Of a stretch of 64,000 nt of DNA, positions 63,940 through 64,000 are shown piece after piece. The notes under the pieces are model-generated. The model made no database searches. It was given only the letters and a program-made list of their open reading frames with translations, and was not told the origin of the DNA. The stretch lies in NCBI GenBank assembly GCA_025056865.1, contig JANWVO010000038.1:175587-239586 (forward strand), in the 5' to 3' direction. This DNA is from Bryobacteraceae bacterium (lineage in GTDB: Bacteria; Acidobacteriota; Terriglobia; Bryobacterales; Bryobacteraceae). Every line of letters begins with the position of its first letter. Positions within the stretch are counted from its first letter, which is position 1. A program made the position numbers and the translations under genes.

Positions 63940-64000
63940 CTCCGCTGCTGGAGTCGCCGGCGTTGCGCCGCGCCCTGCGTTTCGGCACTGGCGTCGGCAT
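63927..64000 (+). CDS. 5' end of next gene of the secretion cluster (possibly PilM/GspL-like), cut by window edge
   Basis: The ATG at 63927 lies 7 nt after GGAGG and overlaps the gspK-like stop. The frame is open to the window end (MAAVTPLLESPALRRALRFGTGVG...). The sequence is too short to assign. Confidence 0.4.
   Translation, partial: MAAVTPLLESPALRRALRFGTGVG

Overview
Very GC-rich bacterial chromosomal segment (GC judged by eye, not computed). It is densely coded, with no rRNA, tRNA, CRISPR array or recognisable mobile element. The gene content suggests an Acidobacteria-like organism (Bryobacter/Solibacter type): two large TonB-dependent receptors with CarboxypepD_reg N-termini, an ASPIC/UnbV FG-GAP protein, and a bbp2-type porin. 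That taxonomic placement is inference only.

Housekeeping genes I recognise:
- chaperones: dnaK-dnaJ, groES-groEL
- replication/transcription: dnaG-rpoD, rpoN-hpf-rapZ
- cofactor and lipid metabolism: nadA, moaA, thiD, folC, plsC
- LPS transport: lptB with a fused LptC/LptA-like protein
- others: an L-asparaginase, an SDR, an S41 peptidase, an amidohydrolase

Accessory blocks:
1. A seven-gene minus-strand operon (14204 to 4303) whose genes overlap start-to-stop. It encodes a PD40 propeller with one heme c site, a CRTAC1-like FG-GAP protein, a 10-heme cytochrome/YVTN-propeller/di-heme-peroxidase fusion, a stand-alone Reg_prop propeller, two orphan LivK-type binding proteins and a YjgF/Rid-fold protein. 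The module set resembles anammox hydrazine synthase. This is my best candidate for an undescribed system.
2. A Tat-exported molybdopterin oxidoreductase with FeS subunit, TorD chaperone and a methyltransferase, but no membrane subunit.
3. An ECF sigma/anti-sigma pair abutting a gspEFGHIJK-like secretion/pilus cluster. Its ATPase has a perfect MshEN-type c-di-GMP-binding motif.
4. A PP2C phosphatase with two secreted Ig-like proteins.

Smaller oddities:
- a roughly 185-nt duplicated 3' fragment of the asparaginase gene
- a folC whose conserved N-terminus has no canonical start codon
- a CIRCE-like operator at groES but not at dnaK

Many long ORFs in the track lie antisense to real genes and are GC-driven artefacts.
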